Shown: positions 31,388-41,045, counted from the first letter of the stretch. The stretch is 64,000 bases of DNA from an uncultured Planctomycetaceae bacterium (GCA_963833985.1 CAWIAD010000001.1:928001-992000), one strand, 5' to 3'. Numbers and translations are program-made. Notes: a model not told the origin generated them from the sequence alone.

Positions 31388-32252
31388 CTAGGCCACGCCA
31401 TGGTCCTTGAACCAGGCGAGCATCCGCTTCCAGCCGTCGGCCGCGGCTTCCTTGCGGTAGCTGGGACGATAGTCGGCGAAGAAGGCGTGCGGCGTGTCCG
31501 GGTAAACGATGATCTCGGCCGTCTTGCCAGCCTCCTTGAGCGCAGCACGCATCTTCTCGACCGACTCGACTGGAATCCCCTGGTCCGCCGCTCCATAAAG
31601 CCCCAGGATCGGTGCATGGAGCGAGCCGACCAGGTCAATGGGGTTCTTCGGGTGCAGCTCATCTGGCTCCGAGACCAGCCGGCCGTACCACGCCACGCCC
31701 GCTTTCACTCCGGGATTATGAGCCGAGTAGAGCCAGACGATCCGCCCGCCCCAGCAGAAGCCGGTGATGCCTAGCTTTTCCGTGTTCCCCTTGCTCTGGT
31801 TCTTGGCCCAGGCCACCGTCGCGTCCAGGTCGGACATGACCTGGCGGTCCGGAACCTTGGAGACCACCTTGGAGATGATCTCGCGGATATTCTCGATCCT
31901 GGAGACGTCTCCCTGCCGCGCATACGAGCTCGGTGGCAATCGCCAGGTAACCCAGCTTCGCGAAACGGCGACAGATGTCCTTGATGTGCTCGTGCACTCC
32001 GAAGATCTCCTGCACGACGAGCACGGTGGGGAACGGCCCCCCCGTAGCGGGCATGGCGCGGTAGGCGGGAACCTGTCCGTCCGCGACGGGGATCTTCACC
32101 TCGCCAGCCTCCAGTCCGGCCGTATCCGTGGCGATGGTCTGGGCCGAGACGGGGACTGTGGCCGCGGCAAACCCGGTCGCCAGCGATGTGACCACGAAGC
32201 CCCGTCGCGAGAGCTCGCCAGCAGCAAGCACGCTCTGTCGATCGTCATTCAT
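31388..32252 (-). CDS. Dienelactone hydrolase family protein with a Tat signal; frameshift near 31926
   Basis: [29 protein letters not shown] nucleophile; [11 protein letters not shown]. Confidence 0.9.
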
Positions 32253-32395
32253 CGAGTGTCACCCGTGTTTGTTGAAACAATGAGAGATCCCTGGCTCGAG
32301 TTGCCCCTGCGGGCAACGCCATGATACTGCCGGCCGCCAGTCGAGGCGACTGGCCCGCCGGCTCTCTGAAGAAATCTCAATGTCGCTCTCGGGGC

Positions 32396-33781
32396 TCAGC
32401 GCCGCCCGCGTGCCGCCTGTTCGCGCACCACGTTGCGGTAATGCTGTTTCGCCAGGATCTCGAACAGGTCGTCCTTCGCACCGGGCTGCGTCAGGTCCTG
32501 GCCTTTCTTCACGACGCCTATGTAGCCCACGCACATCTCGTCGGTCACTTCAGGTCCGGCCGTGACGAGCTTCGGGGGGTTGTGCGGGTTGCGTGCGTGC
32601 GCGGAGTTGTCGTAGTGTGCAACGATCTTGACGATCGACCCCTTGGGGAGCTGGACCCGCTTCTCGAAATAGTAAGTGTTCTGCCAGTTCGGGTCCCAGT
32701 CGTCGATGTGCAAAAGGTCCTGGCTGCCTCCGCCGGGGTAGCGTACCGTCATCCGAAAGTCGCGGCCAAGCTGATGCATGTGCGGCGTCACGGCCAGGGC
32801 CTCAAGGTCCGCCGGCACGTTCCATGTGGCCTTCACCTCGATGTTCGACTCGCCCGGAGGCAGCCGGAACCTGTCATTGGTGGCGTTCGCCCAGTGCAGC
32901 GTCTGCTGCACCGGCTGCTTGCAGAAGTAGATGCCCAGCCGCGTGCGGTCGACCTCCGGCTTGCCGCTGGGATGGTAGTGAACCTGCAAGAGGACGTCGG
33001 AACGAGCGGGAACCTGGCGCCCGACGCCTTGAGGCAACAGATGCGGGACATTGCCCGCCGCCCAGCCGCCCAGGTCACCCTCGACCTCGACCCCCGCGCC
33101 GGCATATGAGGTGTACCCGGGCCCCGGCTCGGCGTCATCGCGCTCCCGGCCCGCGCCACTGGTGTCCAGGAAAGCCATGATGTGGTGCACCACGCGGCGA
33201 TTGCCCGGCAGGTACTCGACGGCCGAGATGGACGCGTCGCGGCGGAGCTTCGTGGGAATCACGAAGCAGCGGTACAGATCCGGCCCACTCGCCGGAACCT
33301 GAAAGTCCTCGGTCATCTCGAGCACCAGGTCCGGCGTGCCCAGGGTCCATCCCTCGCGAAAGACAACCGGTGCGGGGCTGTCCTTCTCTTCGCCCCGCGG
33401 CGCGCCCGCCTCGGCCCACGCATGGAACTGGGCCAGCGCTTCCTTGGTCAGGGTCGGATCATGCTTCAGCTTCGGGCCGCCGCCGGCCACCGGCTTCCAG
33501 GGAGGCATCGAGCGGTCGCCCGCCACCGCTGCAATGTCGAAGGCCCGTTTCCGTGCCTGCTCGTACGAATCCAGCGCGAACGGCCCGACGTGATCGCGCC
33601 GGTGGCAATTCTGGCAGCTTCTCTGGAGGATCGGCAGAATATCCCTGGTGTACGTGGGCCGCGTGCTCTTTTGCGGGGGCTCCGCGCCCCGAACGACCGC
33701 CCCGAGAATCATCGAGAGGACCAGCGCATCACGAACAGTCCAGGCGGGCCACCGGGCCCCCTGGGTGGGTCGAAGCCTCAT
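32396..33781 (-). CDS. Copper type II ascorbate-dependent monooxygenase-like protein with an N-terminal c-type heme motif
   Basis: CQNCH; MPPW; YRCFV; VVHH; LQVHYH; PHMH; WDPNWQ; DEMC. Confidence 0.8.
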   Translation of the reverse strand: MRLRPTQGARWPAWTVRDALVLSMILGAVVRGAEPPQKSTRPTYTRDILPILQRSCQNCHRRDHVGPFALDSYEQARKRAFDIAAVAGDRSMPPWKPVAGGGPKLKHDPTLTKEALAQFHAWAEAGAPRGEEKDSPAPVVFREGWTLGTPDLVLEMTEDFQVPASGPDLYRCFVIPTKLRRDASISAVEYLPGNRRVVHHIMAFLDTSGAGRERDDAEPGPGYTSYAGAGVEVEGDLGGWAAGNVPHLLPQGVGRQVPARSDVLLQVHYHPSGKPEVDRTRLGIYFCKQPVQQTLHWANATNDRFRLPPGESNIEVKATWNVPADLEALAVTPHMHQLGRDFRMTVRYPGGGSQDLLHIDDWDPNWQNTYYFEKRVQLPKGSIVKIVAHYDNSAHARNPHNPPKLVTAGPEVTDEMCVGYIGVVKKGQDLTQPGAKDDLFEILAKQHYRNVVREQAARGRR

Positions 33782-34214
33782 GCGTGTTGTGTCCTTTTTG
33801 GGAAGAATGCGCTGCAAATCAAGGCGGGTGAATCAAGGCACTTCCGGAATGGCGGAGCACTCCGGAGCTTCCAGAATTCCTGACAACATGACCCCCACGA
33901 CAGGCCTGGCACGCGAGAACGGTGCGATCAAAGCACGCCCGCATGGGGACACTACCCAGAAGGTCGCGGCCCGCGGCGCAGAATGCGGCCCGAGTACAGA
34001 TCGAACGAATGTCGTGAGATCGTTGAGAGAAACCTATGGAATGAACAGAATGTATCAACAGGTCAATGCGGAAACAAGCCCTGACCCGAGTTTTTTCGTT
34101 TTTTTCATTGTACCGACGGCCGCTCACTCGGGATCATGAATGCAGGGCGAGCCCTGCGATCATGGGCGCACTCGCCTCGACCGCTGAACCTTCCATACGC
34201 CAAGGACCTTGCTG

Positions 34215-35231
34215 ATGCCCCTCAGCCTGGAAACGGCCGAGTATGAGTTCCTCGTGAGCCCGCTATCGTCCCGCCAGGAGATCCCCGCCGAACCGCCCTC
34301 GAGTGCGGTCAAGGTGCACTTCGGAGCCGTCTCCGACCCCGGCCGGGTCCGGTCGCGAAACGAGGATCACTACATGGTGGCCCGGGTGCGCCGGACCCTG
34401 AACGTGCTGGCCCATAACTTGCCCAAGGAAGAAATGCCCGATTTCCTGGGAGAGGACGGCTACGCCATGGTGGTCGCCGACGGCATGGGAGGCATGAACG
34501 CTGGCGACGTCGCCAGCATGCTGGCCATCAGCACCGGGGTCAAGCTCGCCGACAAGTCGGTGAAGTGGGGCTTCAAGATCAACGAGAAGGAAGCCCGTGA
34601 GCTGCTCGCGCGCATGGGTGCGTACTTCAAGGAGATCGATCGGCGGATCACCCGCAAGAGCGAGAGCGACCGCAGGCTCTTCGGCATGGGGACGACCTTG
34701 ACGCTTGCCTACAGCGTCGGCATCCACCTGTTCCTCATCCACGTCGGGGACTCGCGCGCCTACCTCTTTCGCCAGGGCCAGCTCGAGCAGTTGACTCGCG
34801 ACCATACCGTTGCCCAGGCTCTGGCCGACGCGGGCGACATCAAGCAGCAGGACGTGCGCAAACACCAGCGGCGGAATACCCTGACCAATTACCTGGGCGG
34901 CCACTCCGGCAAGGTCAAGGCCGACGTGCGCTGGCTCCAGCTCGAGGACGGCGACCGGGTCATTCTGTGCAGCGACGGCCTCAGCGACATGGTCGAGGAT
35001 CCGGACATCACCGCATGCCTCCGCGTCCATCCCGAGGCCGATGCCGCCTCCCTGGCCTTGACCCGGCGTGCCCTGGAAAACGGCGGCAAGGACAACGTCA
35101 CGGTGGTGGTGGCCAATTACTCGATCCCGGAACCGTCCCTGTCGCCTCCCCCGGCCTCGGAAACCGCCGAGTACTCAGATCAAAGGCGGATCGACTCCAC
35201 CACCGACTTCCCACGACCCGAGGGGCTGTAG
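34215..35231 (+). CDS. PP2C/PPM-family Ser/Thr protein phosphatase
   Basis: GRVRSRNED; VADGMGG; MGTT; HVGDSRAY; LTRDH; LCSDGL; GGKDNVT. Confidence 0.93.
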   Translation: MPLSLETAEYEFLVSPLSSRQEIPAEPPSSAVKVHFGAVSDPGRVRSRNEDHYMVARVRRTLNVLAHNLPKEEMPDFLGEDGYAMVVADGMGGMNAGDVASMLAISTGVKLADKSVKWGFKINEKEARELLARMGAYFKEIDRRITRKSESDRRLFGMGTTLTLAYSVGIHLFLIHVGDSRAYLFRQGQLEQLTRDHTVAQALADAGDIKQQDVRKHQRRNTLTNYLGGHSGKVKADVRWLQLEDGDRVILCSDGLSDMVEDPDITACLRVHPEADAASLALTRRALENGGKDNVTVVVANYSIPEPSLSPPPASETAEYSDQRRIDSTTDFPRPEGL

Positions 35232-35721
35232 GAGCCCCTACGCGTCCTCGAGGACGAAGCAGACCGGATATCTCGGTTCCAGTTGGTGCTGTGCATGCGG
35301 ATTCGTCTGGGAAGACAGGGGCCACGAGCAGGGCCAGGTGACCCGGCCAGGGCTTCTCGCAGGAGTCGCGAGTAATCCCTTGCAATGGCAGCGATGTCTG
35401 CTTAGTCTCGGATAGCATCCAGTACTGGTGTCGCTGTTCGGCTCGGTCCCTGGGTGTGATCGGGGACGGTAGAGGCCAGTTGGCTGTTGCGGTCTGGCTC
35501 CCGAGGGCAATTCGCTGATGACGACAGAACGAGTTCTGCGCAGCACGGCAATGAAATGCTCTGCATCCCCATTTCACGGTTTTTCTGGTCATGGTTCGAG
35601 TGCGCAGCGGATTGAGTGCCGGACGCCGGAGCAGTGGGGTGCCGGTTGGACTTCAGAGTTCGCACCGGTCCACGAACGAATTCATTACGGCCCGCAAGTG
35701 ACCACTTCCGGAGGCACGACA

Positions 35722-35970
35722 GTGGCCATCGACAAGGAAAAACTGAACCAGATTCGGCGCGAGGCAGAGAAGATCAAGGAGGCAGGATCGGCCGTGGCCC
35801 AGAACATGTTGACGCTCTGGGCCGCGCAGCTCGATATAGCCCTTGCCATTGAGGACGAAGAAACGATCAAGCGAATCATCTCGCAGCCGACACTGAGTCC
35901 TGCTTTCTATGACAACCACGGCTGCGACTGCCGTCCACTCCCAAACGGAGCGGGTTCGCAGTGTTGGTGA
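35722..35970 (+). CDS. Putative RiPP precursor peptide (82 aa)
   Basis: GGAGG at 35710-35714 then GTG; charged helical leader; core PAFYDNHGCDCRPLPNGAGSQCW; directly upstream of a radical SAM/SPASM gene. Confidence 0.7.
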   Translation: MAIDKEKLNQIRREAEKIKEAGSAVAQNMLTLWAAQLDIALAIEDEETIKRIISQPTLSPAFYDNHGCDCRPLPNGAGSQCW

Positions 35971-36221
35971 GAAGGCTTGCCCGCTGAATGCCCTTTTTCG
36001 ATGTTTGACATCCCTCACCCGTTGTGTCAACTCTTCGGGGCGCAGCGGGATGCGGAACGAACCAAGGATTCCTCCAGCGGCCAGCATCTCCACTCACATC
36101 AAGTCGACCATTCACCTGGCCCGAGGATGCGCGCTCCCACATTCTCCACGGTGGGCCTTCTCGCTTTCGGTACTGGGACCCGATTCGATCTCTCAGGAAT
36201 GAGTCGTCGGAGGATCGCGTC

Positions 36222-37580
36222 ATGGGCTCGCAAGAAGGTTGGGTGCTTTCGCGCTTTAACTTGTGGACGAGCGCGACGGATGGAGGGCTGTTGATCTACA
36301 ACAGTCTTACCGGTGCTCTGCTGCAATTACGGAATGCCGAGGCTGAGATTGTCGCCGATTTGAAGGAACACAATGGCCTTGTCGTCGAGCCAAGCGGTGT
36401 TCTCGCTGTCTTGATAACGCAGGGAATTCTTGTCCCAAGCACGTGCGACGAACTTCGCCGCGCCAGGTTGCTGCACGAATCGCGCTTCCACCAGCGCGAT
36501 CAGCTCCACCTGATCCTCATGCCAACGGAGCAGTGCAATTTCCGTTGCGTGTACTGTTATGAAGACTTCAAGCTAGGCCGTATGTCACCGGGAGTCATTG
36601 ATTCGATTGTCAATCTCGTGCGAAGGAGAGCCGTCGATCTTCGTTGCTTTTCGGTGAGTTGGTTTGGCGGCGAACCGCTCATTGCCGCCGACATTGTCGA
36701 GAGCTTGTCAAACCGCCTGATCGCGATTTGCTCCGAGGCAGGCGTCGAATACTCGGCGAGCATGACCACGAACGGGTACCTGTTGAATCCTGAGCGGGCA
36801 GAGATGTGTCGCTCCGCGCGGATCTCCAAGTTCCAGATCACGCTCGACGGCGTTCCGGAATCGCACAACCGGCAGAGGCTGCTTGCAGGCGGCGGAGACA
36901 CTTTTGACACCATCCTTTCCAACCTTCGCCTGCTCCGTGATCGCACTGATGAATTTCGCGTCAGAGTCCGAGTCAACTTCGCTCCGAATGGGATACGGCA
37001 TATGCCCACGTTCTTGAGCTCGCTTGCCGACGACTTCGGTGGGGACCCCCGTTTCCACGTCTTTTTTCGGCCGGTTGGTCGATGGGGGGGTGAACATGAC
37101 CACAATCTTTCGATCTGCGACCGATCATCGGGCGAGAACCACGAGATCGAGTTTACCGAGCTTGCAGCGAACGCCGGCTTCCCTCTGGAAGCCCTGCGCG
37201 AGGCGATGAAGCCGTTCGGCAGCACCTGCTATGCCGCCAACCCGAATTCTTTCGTCATCGGATCAGATGGGAGCGTCTACAAGTGCACGGTCGCTTTCCG
37301 GGACCCTCGCAACCGCATCGGTCAGATTGCGCTCGATGGATCGCTCAATATTGACGAGAGCCTTCATTCTCTCTGGATCTCGTCGGGTGAAGAGGTCGAT
37401 CAGGGCTGCCAGCAATGCGCTTTCAGGCCTGCCTGTCAAGGCAACCACTGTCCCCTGAACAGGCTCATCAGCAACGGTGAGAAGACCTGCCCCAGCATCA
37501 AGACACACATTGACGCTTACCTTCCTGTCGTGGCCTCCGCCACCCTCCGGTCCCTTCCTATCGTCAGCGTGGGTGGCTAG
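36222..37580 (+). CDS. Radical SAM/SPASM peptide maturase with a putative N-terminal RRE
   Basis: GGAGGA RBS; CNFRCVYC; WFGGEP; TTNGYLL; QITLDG; SPASM C-x17-C...CxxCx5Cx4Cx12C; N-terminal SRFN...LLIYNSLTGALLQL resembles a PqqD/RRE. Confidence 0.92.
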   Translation: MGSQEGWVLSRFNLWTSATDGGLLIYNSLTGALLQLRNAEAEIVADLKEHNGLVVEPSGVLAVLITQGILVPSTCDELRRARLLHESRFHQRDQLHLILMPTEQCNFRCVYCYEDFKLGRMSPGVIDSIVNLVRRRAVDLRCFSVSWFGGEPLIAADIVESLSNRLIAICSEAGVEYSASMTTNGYLLNPERAEMCRSARISKFQITLDGVPESHNRQRLLAGGGDTFDTILSNLRLLRDRTDEFRVRVRVNFAPNGIRHMPTFLSSLADDFGGDPRFHVFFRPVGRWGGEHDHNLSICDRSSGENHEIEFTELAANAGFPLEALREAMKPFGSTCYAANPNSFVIGSDGSVYKCTVAFRDPRNRIGQIALDGSLNIDESLHSLWISSGEEVDQGCQQCAFRPACQGNHCPLNRLISNGEKTCPSIKTHIDAYLPVVASATLRSLPIVSVGG

Positions 37581-37863
37581 ATTCCACAGATGCATCCCGA
37601 AGGTCGGCAACGCGGCTCATGGCGTTTCTGTCTGGAGGACCTCGCCTGACAAGCTGCTTCACTCAGGCCTTCCCCTCGCCCGCGGAACTACACATTCGGC
37701 CCAAATCAGCAGCTCCATCGAAGACAGGCCTTCGGAAGAAACGACCACGCTCTTGCCCGGCCAACGCGCGGTGCCGAAACGCCTCGCTTCAATGCATGTT
37801 ACAAGTCTGCCGCAACCTACCTGACCCCTGCTTCCAAGCCAGTCCACCATCGAGGCTCGACCT

Positions 37864-39929
37864 ATGCTCGCAAGACGGCTCGCAGAGGCCCTGGGAGACG
37901 TGGCGGAAGCGGCCGGGATCCGGGACGACGGAACGGAGGTGGCATACGAGTCGGAGCAACTGTTGAGCGAACCGCTCGCCTGGTTTCTCTGCCATCCGAA
38001 CTGGCCATCGGGCTTGGCATCCGAAAATGTCCCCATCGAACTATCGATATCCATGGGAGGCGACGGTACGCCCTGGCTCAGGTATTCGGTCGACTGTGCT
38101 GATCATCGCATGGGCCTCGGCGGCAACTGGCCGCGGTACCTGCGTGAAGCCACTCGTCTTGCGTCTGGGGTTGGTGTCCCACCTTCCGTTGTATGGCAGC
38201 TTCTGGCAAGTGTCCTGGACGGTTCGCCGCCGCTCGATCGATCGCGGCTCTACCATGGAGTCGGGTACGCCGGAGGTGGCGCGAAGAGAGTCTCACTTTA
38301 CTTCAGTACGGCGTGGCTCACATATCCCAACTTCAGAGAGCGATTTCCAGACCTCGTCGAACCTGTAGGTCAGGCAATTGACCGCTGGGGTAGTCCCAGG
38401 CCCCTTTGTTTCGATGGCCTCGCCTATGACCTCACGGGTCAAGAGCCGGCTCATCGAACCAAGTTGTACCAGTGGCTTGGTTGTGATGTGCCTTCGCCTC
38501 TGAATGAACTTGCCGGACGACATCCCGACCTGGTGGCTGCTGGTGTTCTATTCAACCATTATTTCTCATCGAACCCGCCTCATACCCTCAGCAGATCCCT
38601 CCTGCTGCAATGGAGTCTCCTGCCGCCCCGTATGTCCTGCAACCAAAAACTCTTCTTTGAATGCACTCGATGGGGCTGGGGCAATCCGCGGGCATACCGC
38701 GAACTACTTTCGTTACTGAACAACCGCTTCGGAATGAATCTCGGACCTCTCTACGCGATGATCGCGGTCTTCGCGAATTATAAGATCTTGATCAGACCAA
38801 CTTTCCTCGCCATCGGCCCTGGACCAGCCCATCCCTCAATCACTTTCTACTTCCGTCCCGTTCTTGCAGAACCGCTTCGGTCGGCTTCGACGTCGATGGT
38901 CATGGGTCCCATGCCAGACTCTTTCGCCAGGAATCCCGTCGGGTTGCTCGAACACATGACAAGGACCGCCACTGATTTCTTGCTCAGGGAGAAAAGAAGC
39001 GATGACTACTGGATGGATTTCGCACTACCTATTGGCCCATCGGATGCGTGGGTGACTGCATACATAACTGCCATCCTGTCCAGGATGAGCGGCCTGCACG
39101 TCGAACTCGATCGACCCGCCCGGATTCTGAGAACCTGGTTTCGACCCAATCTCGGTTGGGGTGAAAACGGCAACGCTCCCACTGACGCGGACTCGACGGC
39201 ACTCGCCCTGCTGACATTGAAACGGCTGGACCGGCCAATTCCCGATGGGGCTAGTGACATTCTCATGCGATACCGTCTGCACAAAGGAGGTTATTGTCAT
39301 GATTTAAATTCGGATGTGGACGATGAGCACGGGACTGGCGCGCCCGAAATCACCGGCATCGCTCTGCTCGCCATGCTTGAAATCGGCCTGGCAGACTCGG
39401 CTGTCATCAATGGCTGTGTCGAAAATGTGCTCGCTTTACAGCACCGGAGGGCGGGTGGAACGCATTCTGGTGGAAGGATGACCTCTTCGCAACTTGCCGG
39501 ATCTTGCATGCGCTGAATGCCTATTTGCGGTCCCACCAAGCACGAAGTGCGTGGCTTGAAACGCCGGAATACTCTCTTCTGCAATCCGCGAGCCGCGCAG
39601 TGGAAACGGCTCGCCTCGCTTGTATCTCCGCACAGGCCGTGTCTGATGAACCGCTGAGTCTCGGTCTCTGGCTCAGCAGTTGGGTGGCCGCCGGCGGGAG
39701 CCCTCATTACCACAGCATCGGTCGAATGCTCAGTCGTTTGAACTCAGAACAGCAAACCGACGGACGTTGGCTTGCGTCACCAAGTCGGCGAATCGCGGGA
39801 ACTATGCTCAACCGTCCCTGGGCAAGGTCGGACTCAGGCCGATTGTATCTCGATACGCGCTGTCTTGTGACGACAGCGACAGTGCTGGACGGCCTGTGGT
39901 CGCTTCTTCTGGCCCTGAAAGAGGCATGA
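37864..39929 (+). CDS. Fusion of a DMATS/ABBA-like aromatic prenyltransferase and a class II terpene cyclase-like (QW-repeat) domain, ~688 aa; frameshift near 39444
   Basis: N-half: PIELSIS...LRYSVD, YHGV...VSLYF, LAYDL...RTKLY. C-half: FLLREKRSDDYW, SDAWVTAY, GWGENGNAPTDADSTALAL, LQH(P)EGGWNAFWW after restoring one C, EQQTDGRW. Confidence 0.7.
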
Positions 39930-40568
39930 GCCAATCAATCAAGTATAGGATTCGGCCAAGCTCGCATACCCAATCCCCGGCGATTCTCTTAAGTTCGCGC
40001 GGCAGCCTGGTCGAGCCCACTGCCCGATTTGTTCGTCGCTGAATGCGGGCGGCCGATCCGGCCATTTCGCGAAGTGCGAAAGTGACAGCCGTTGTCATCC
40101 GTCACGGGGGCGTTCCTGGCTGCCGGCTTTGCAAGCGGGTCGTCGCCGATTACCTCGCTGCCGCAGAAGTCATGTCCCGGCTGCATCGCTTCGCGTGAAC
40201 CGAGTCCGATTCCTTCAGCCAACCTTGCCCCGTGCGCTCCGCGCTGGTCAAGCCTCTTGGTGCTGCGGCTCGGCAAGCTCCTTACACGCCATCGATGGCG
40301 TTTTGGCAGCGAATCTCATGAAGAGATGAGCCAGAGGCGTGCGCAGCAGCACCAGGAGCTGGGCCGTCGGCGGGAACGGTGGCGTGAGCCTGGAAGGATT
40401 GCCGCGGTGCCTGTCTCCGCCAGCCGGAAAATGAAACGGCCCTGCTGCTCCTGGTATTATTCTTGCGGCGCTGATCCGCCTTGTGCGAGGTTCTGGGGGC
40501 ACAGGGCCGGCGTCCTGGAGCCGGTTCCCGCCTCGCTCGAAACCACATCCCTTCTGGAGAGGCCGATC

Positions 40569-41045
40569 ATGCAACCCGATATCGCCGAAACTCTCGTTGA
40601 GGACTTCGAACGCGGCCGTCTGACGCGCCGTCAGCTTGCGTCAAGGCTCATGGGCCTGGGAGCAGCCCTGGCTGCACTGCCTGACGAGGTCCGGGCCGAG
40701 CCGATTGAAGGCACCATGTTCGAGGCGACCGGACTGAACCACGTCGCCCTGAACGTCCGCAGCGTGTCCCGCTCTCGCGAGTTCTACATCAAGCACCTCG
40801 GGTTGAAGGTCATCCGCGACGGTGGCGAGGACAACTGTTTTCTGGGCGCTGGGAGTGACTTCTGCTTGACGCTCTTCAAGGGCGACCAGCCAGGTTTGAA
40901 CCATTACTGCTACACCATCAAGAGCTACAGCGTCGATCAGGCCGAGGAGAAGCTGAAGGCGGCCGGACTGAAGCCGCGACGCGAAGGAAATCGAATCTAC
41001 TTCCCGGACCCTGACGGCATCGAGGTCCAGGTCGCCGGAGCGTGA
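40569..41045 (+). CDS. VOC/glyoxalase family protein with a Tat-like N-terminus
   Basis: GGAGAGG RBS; LTRRQL; LNHVAL; SREFY...LGL; LNHYCY; IYFPDPDGIEVQ. Confidence 0.85.
   Translation: MQPDIAETLVEDFERGRLTRRQLASRLMGLGAALAALPDEVRAEPIEGTMFEATGLNHVALNVRSVSRSREFYIKHLGLKVIRDGGEDNCFLGAGSDFCLTLFKGDQPGLNHYCYTIKSYSVDQAEEKLKAAGLKPRREGNRIYFPDPDGIEVQVAGA

Noticed and set aside
31332..31662. Long N-terminus of the tracked peptidase ORF 30622..31662
   Set aside because: Artefact of the frameshift; it overlaps the dienelactone hydrolase gene, and the real start is at 31331.
35518..35721. N-terminal extension of the precursor ORF to 150 aa
   Set aside because: No RBS at 35518 and the sequence looks non-coding; GGAGG + GTG at 35722 is a much better start.
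36024..36221. N-terminal extension of the radical SAM ORF
   Set aside because: GGAGGA precedes the ATG at 36222, and the extension overlaps the dyad/spacer region.
37581..37863. Possible second small Cys-containing peptide (ORF 37619..37966) between rSAM and prenyltransferase
   Set aside because: No RBS, no similarity to the precursor, and it overlaps the downstream gene out of frame.
35242..40520. GCGTCCTCGAG (35242) / GCGTCCTGGAG (40510) as att-like direct repeats bounding the island
   Set aside because: Only 10 of 11 bases match in GC-rich DNA, with no integrase or tRNA nearby; compatible with chance.
39930..40568. Possible gene remnant or extension of the VOC ORF (40092 start)
   Set aside because: No recognisable domain in any frame I translated; the VOC gene has its own RBS at 40569.
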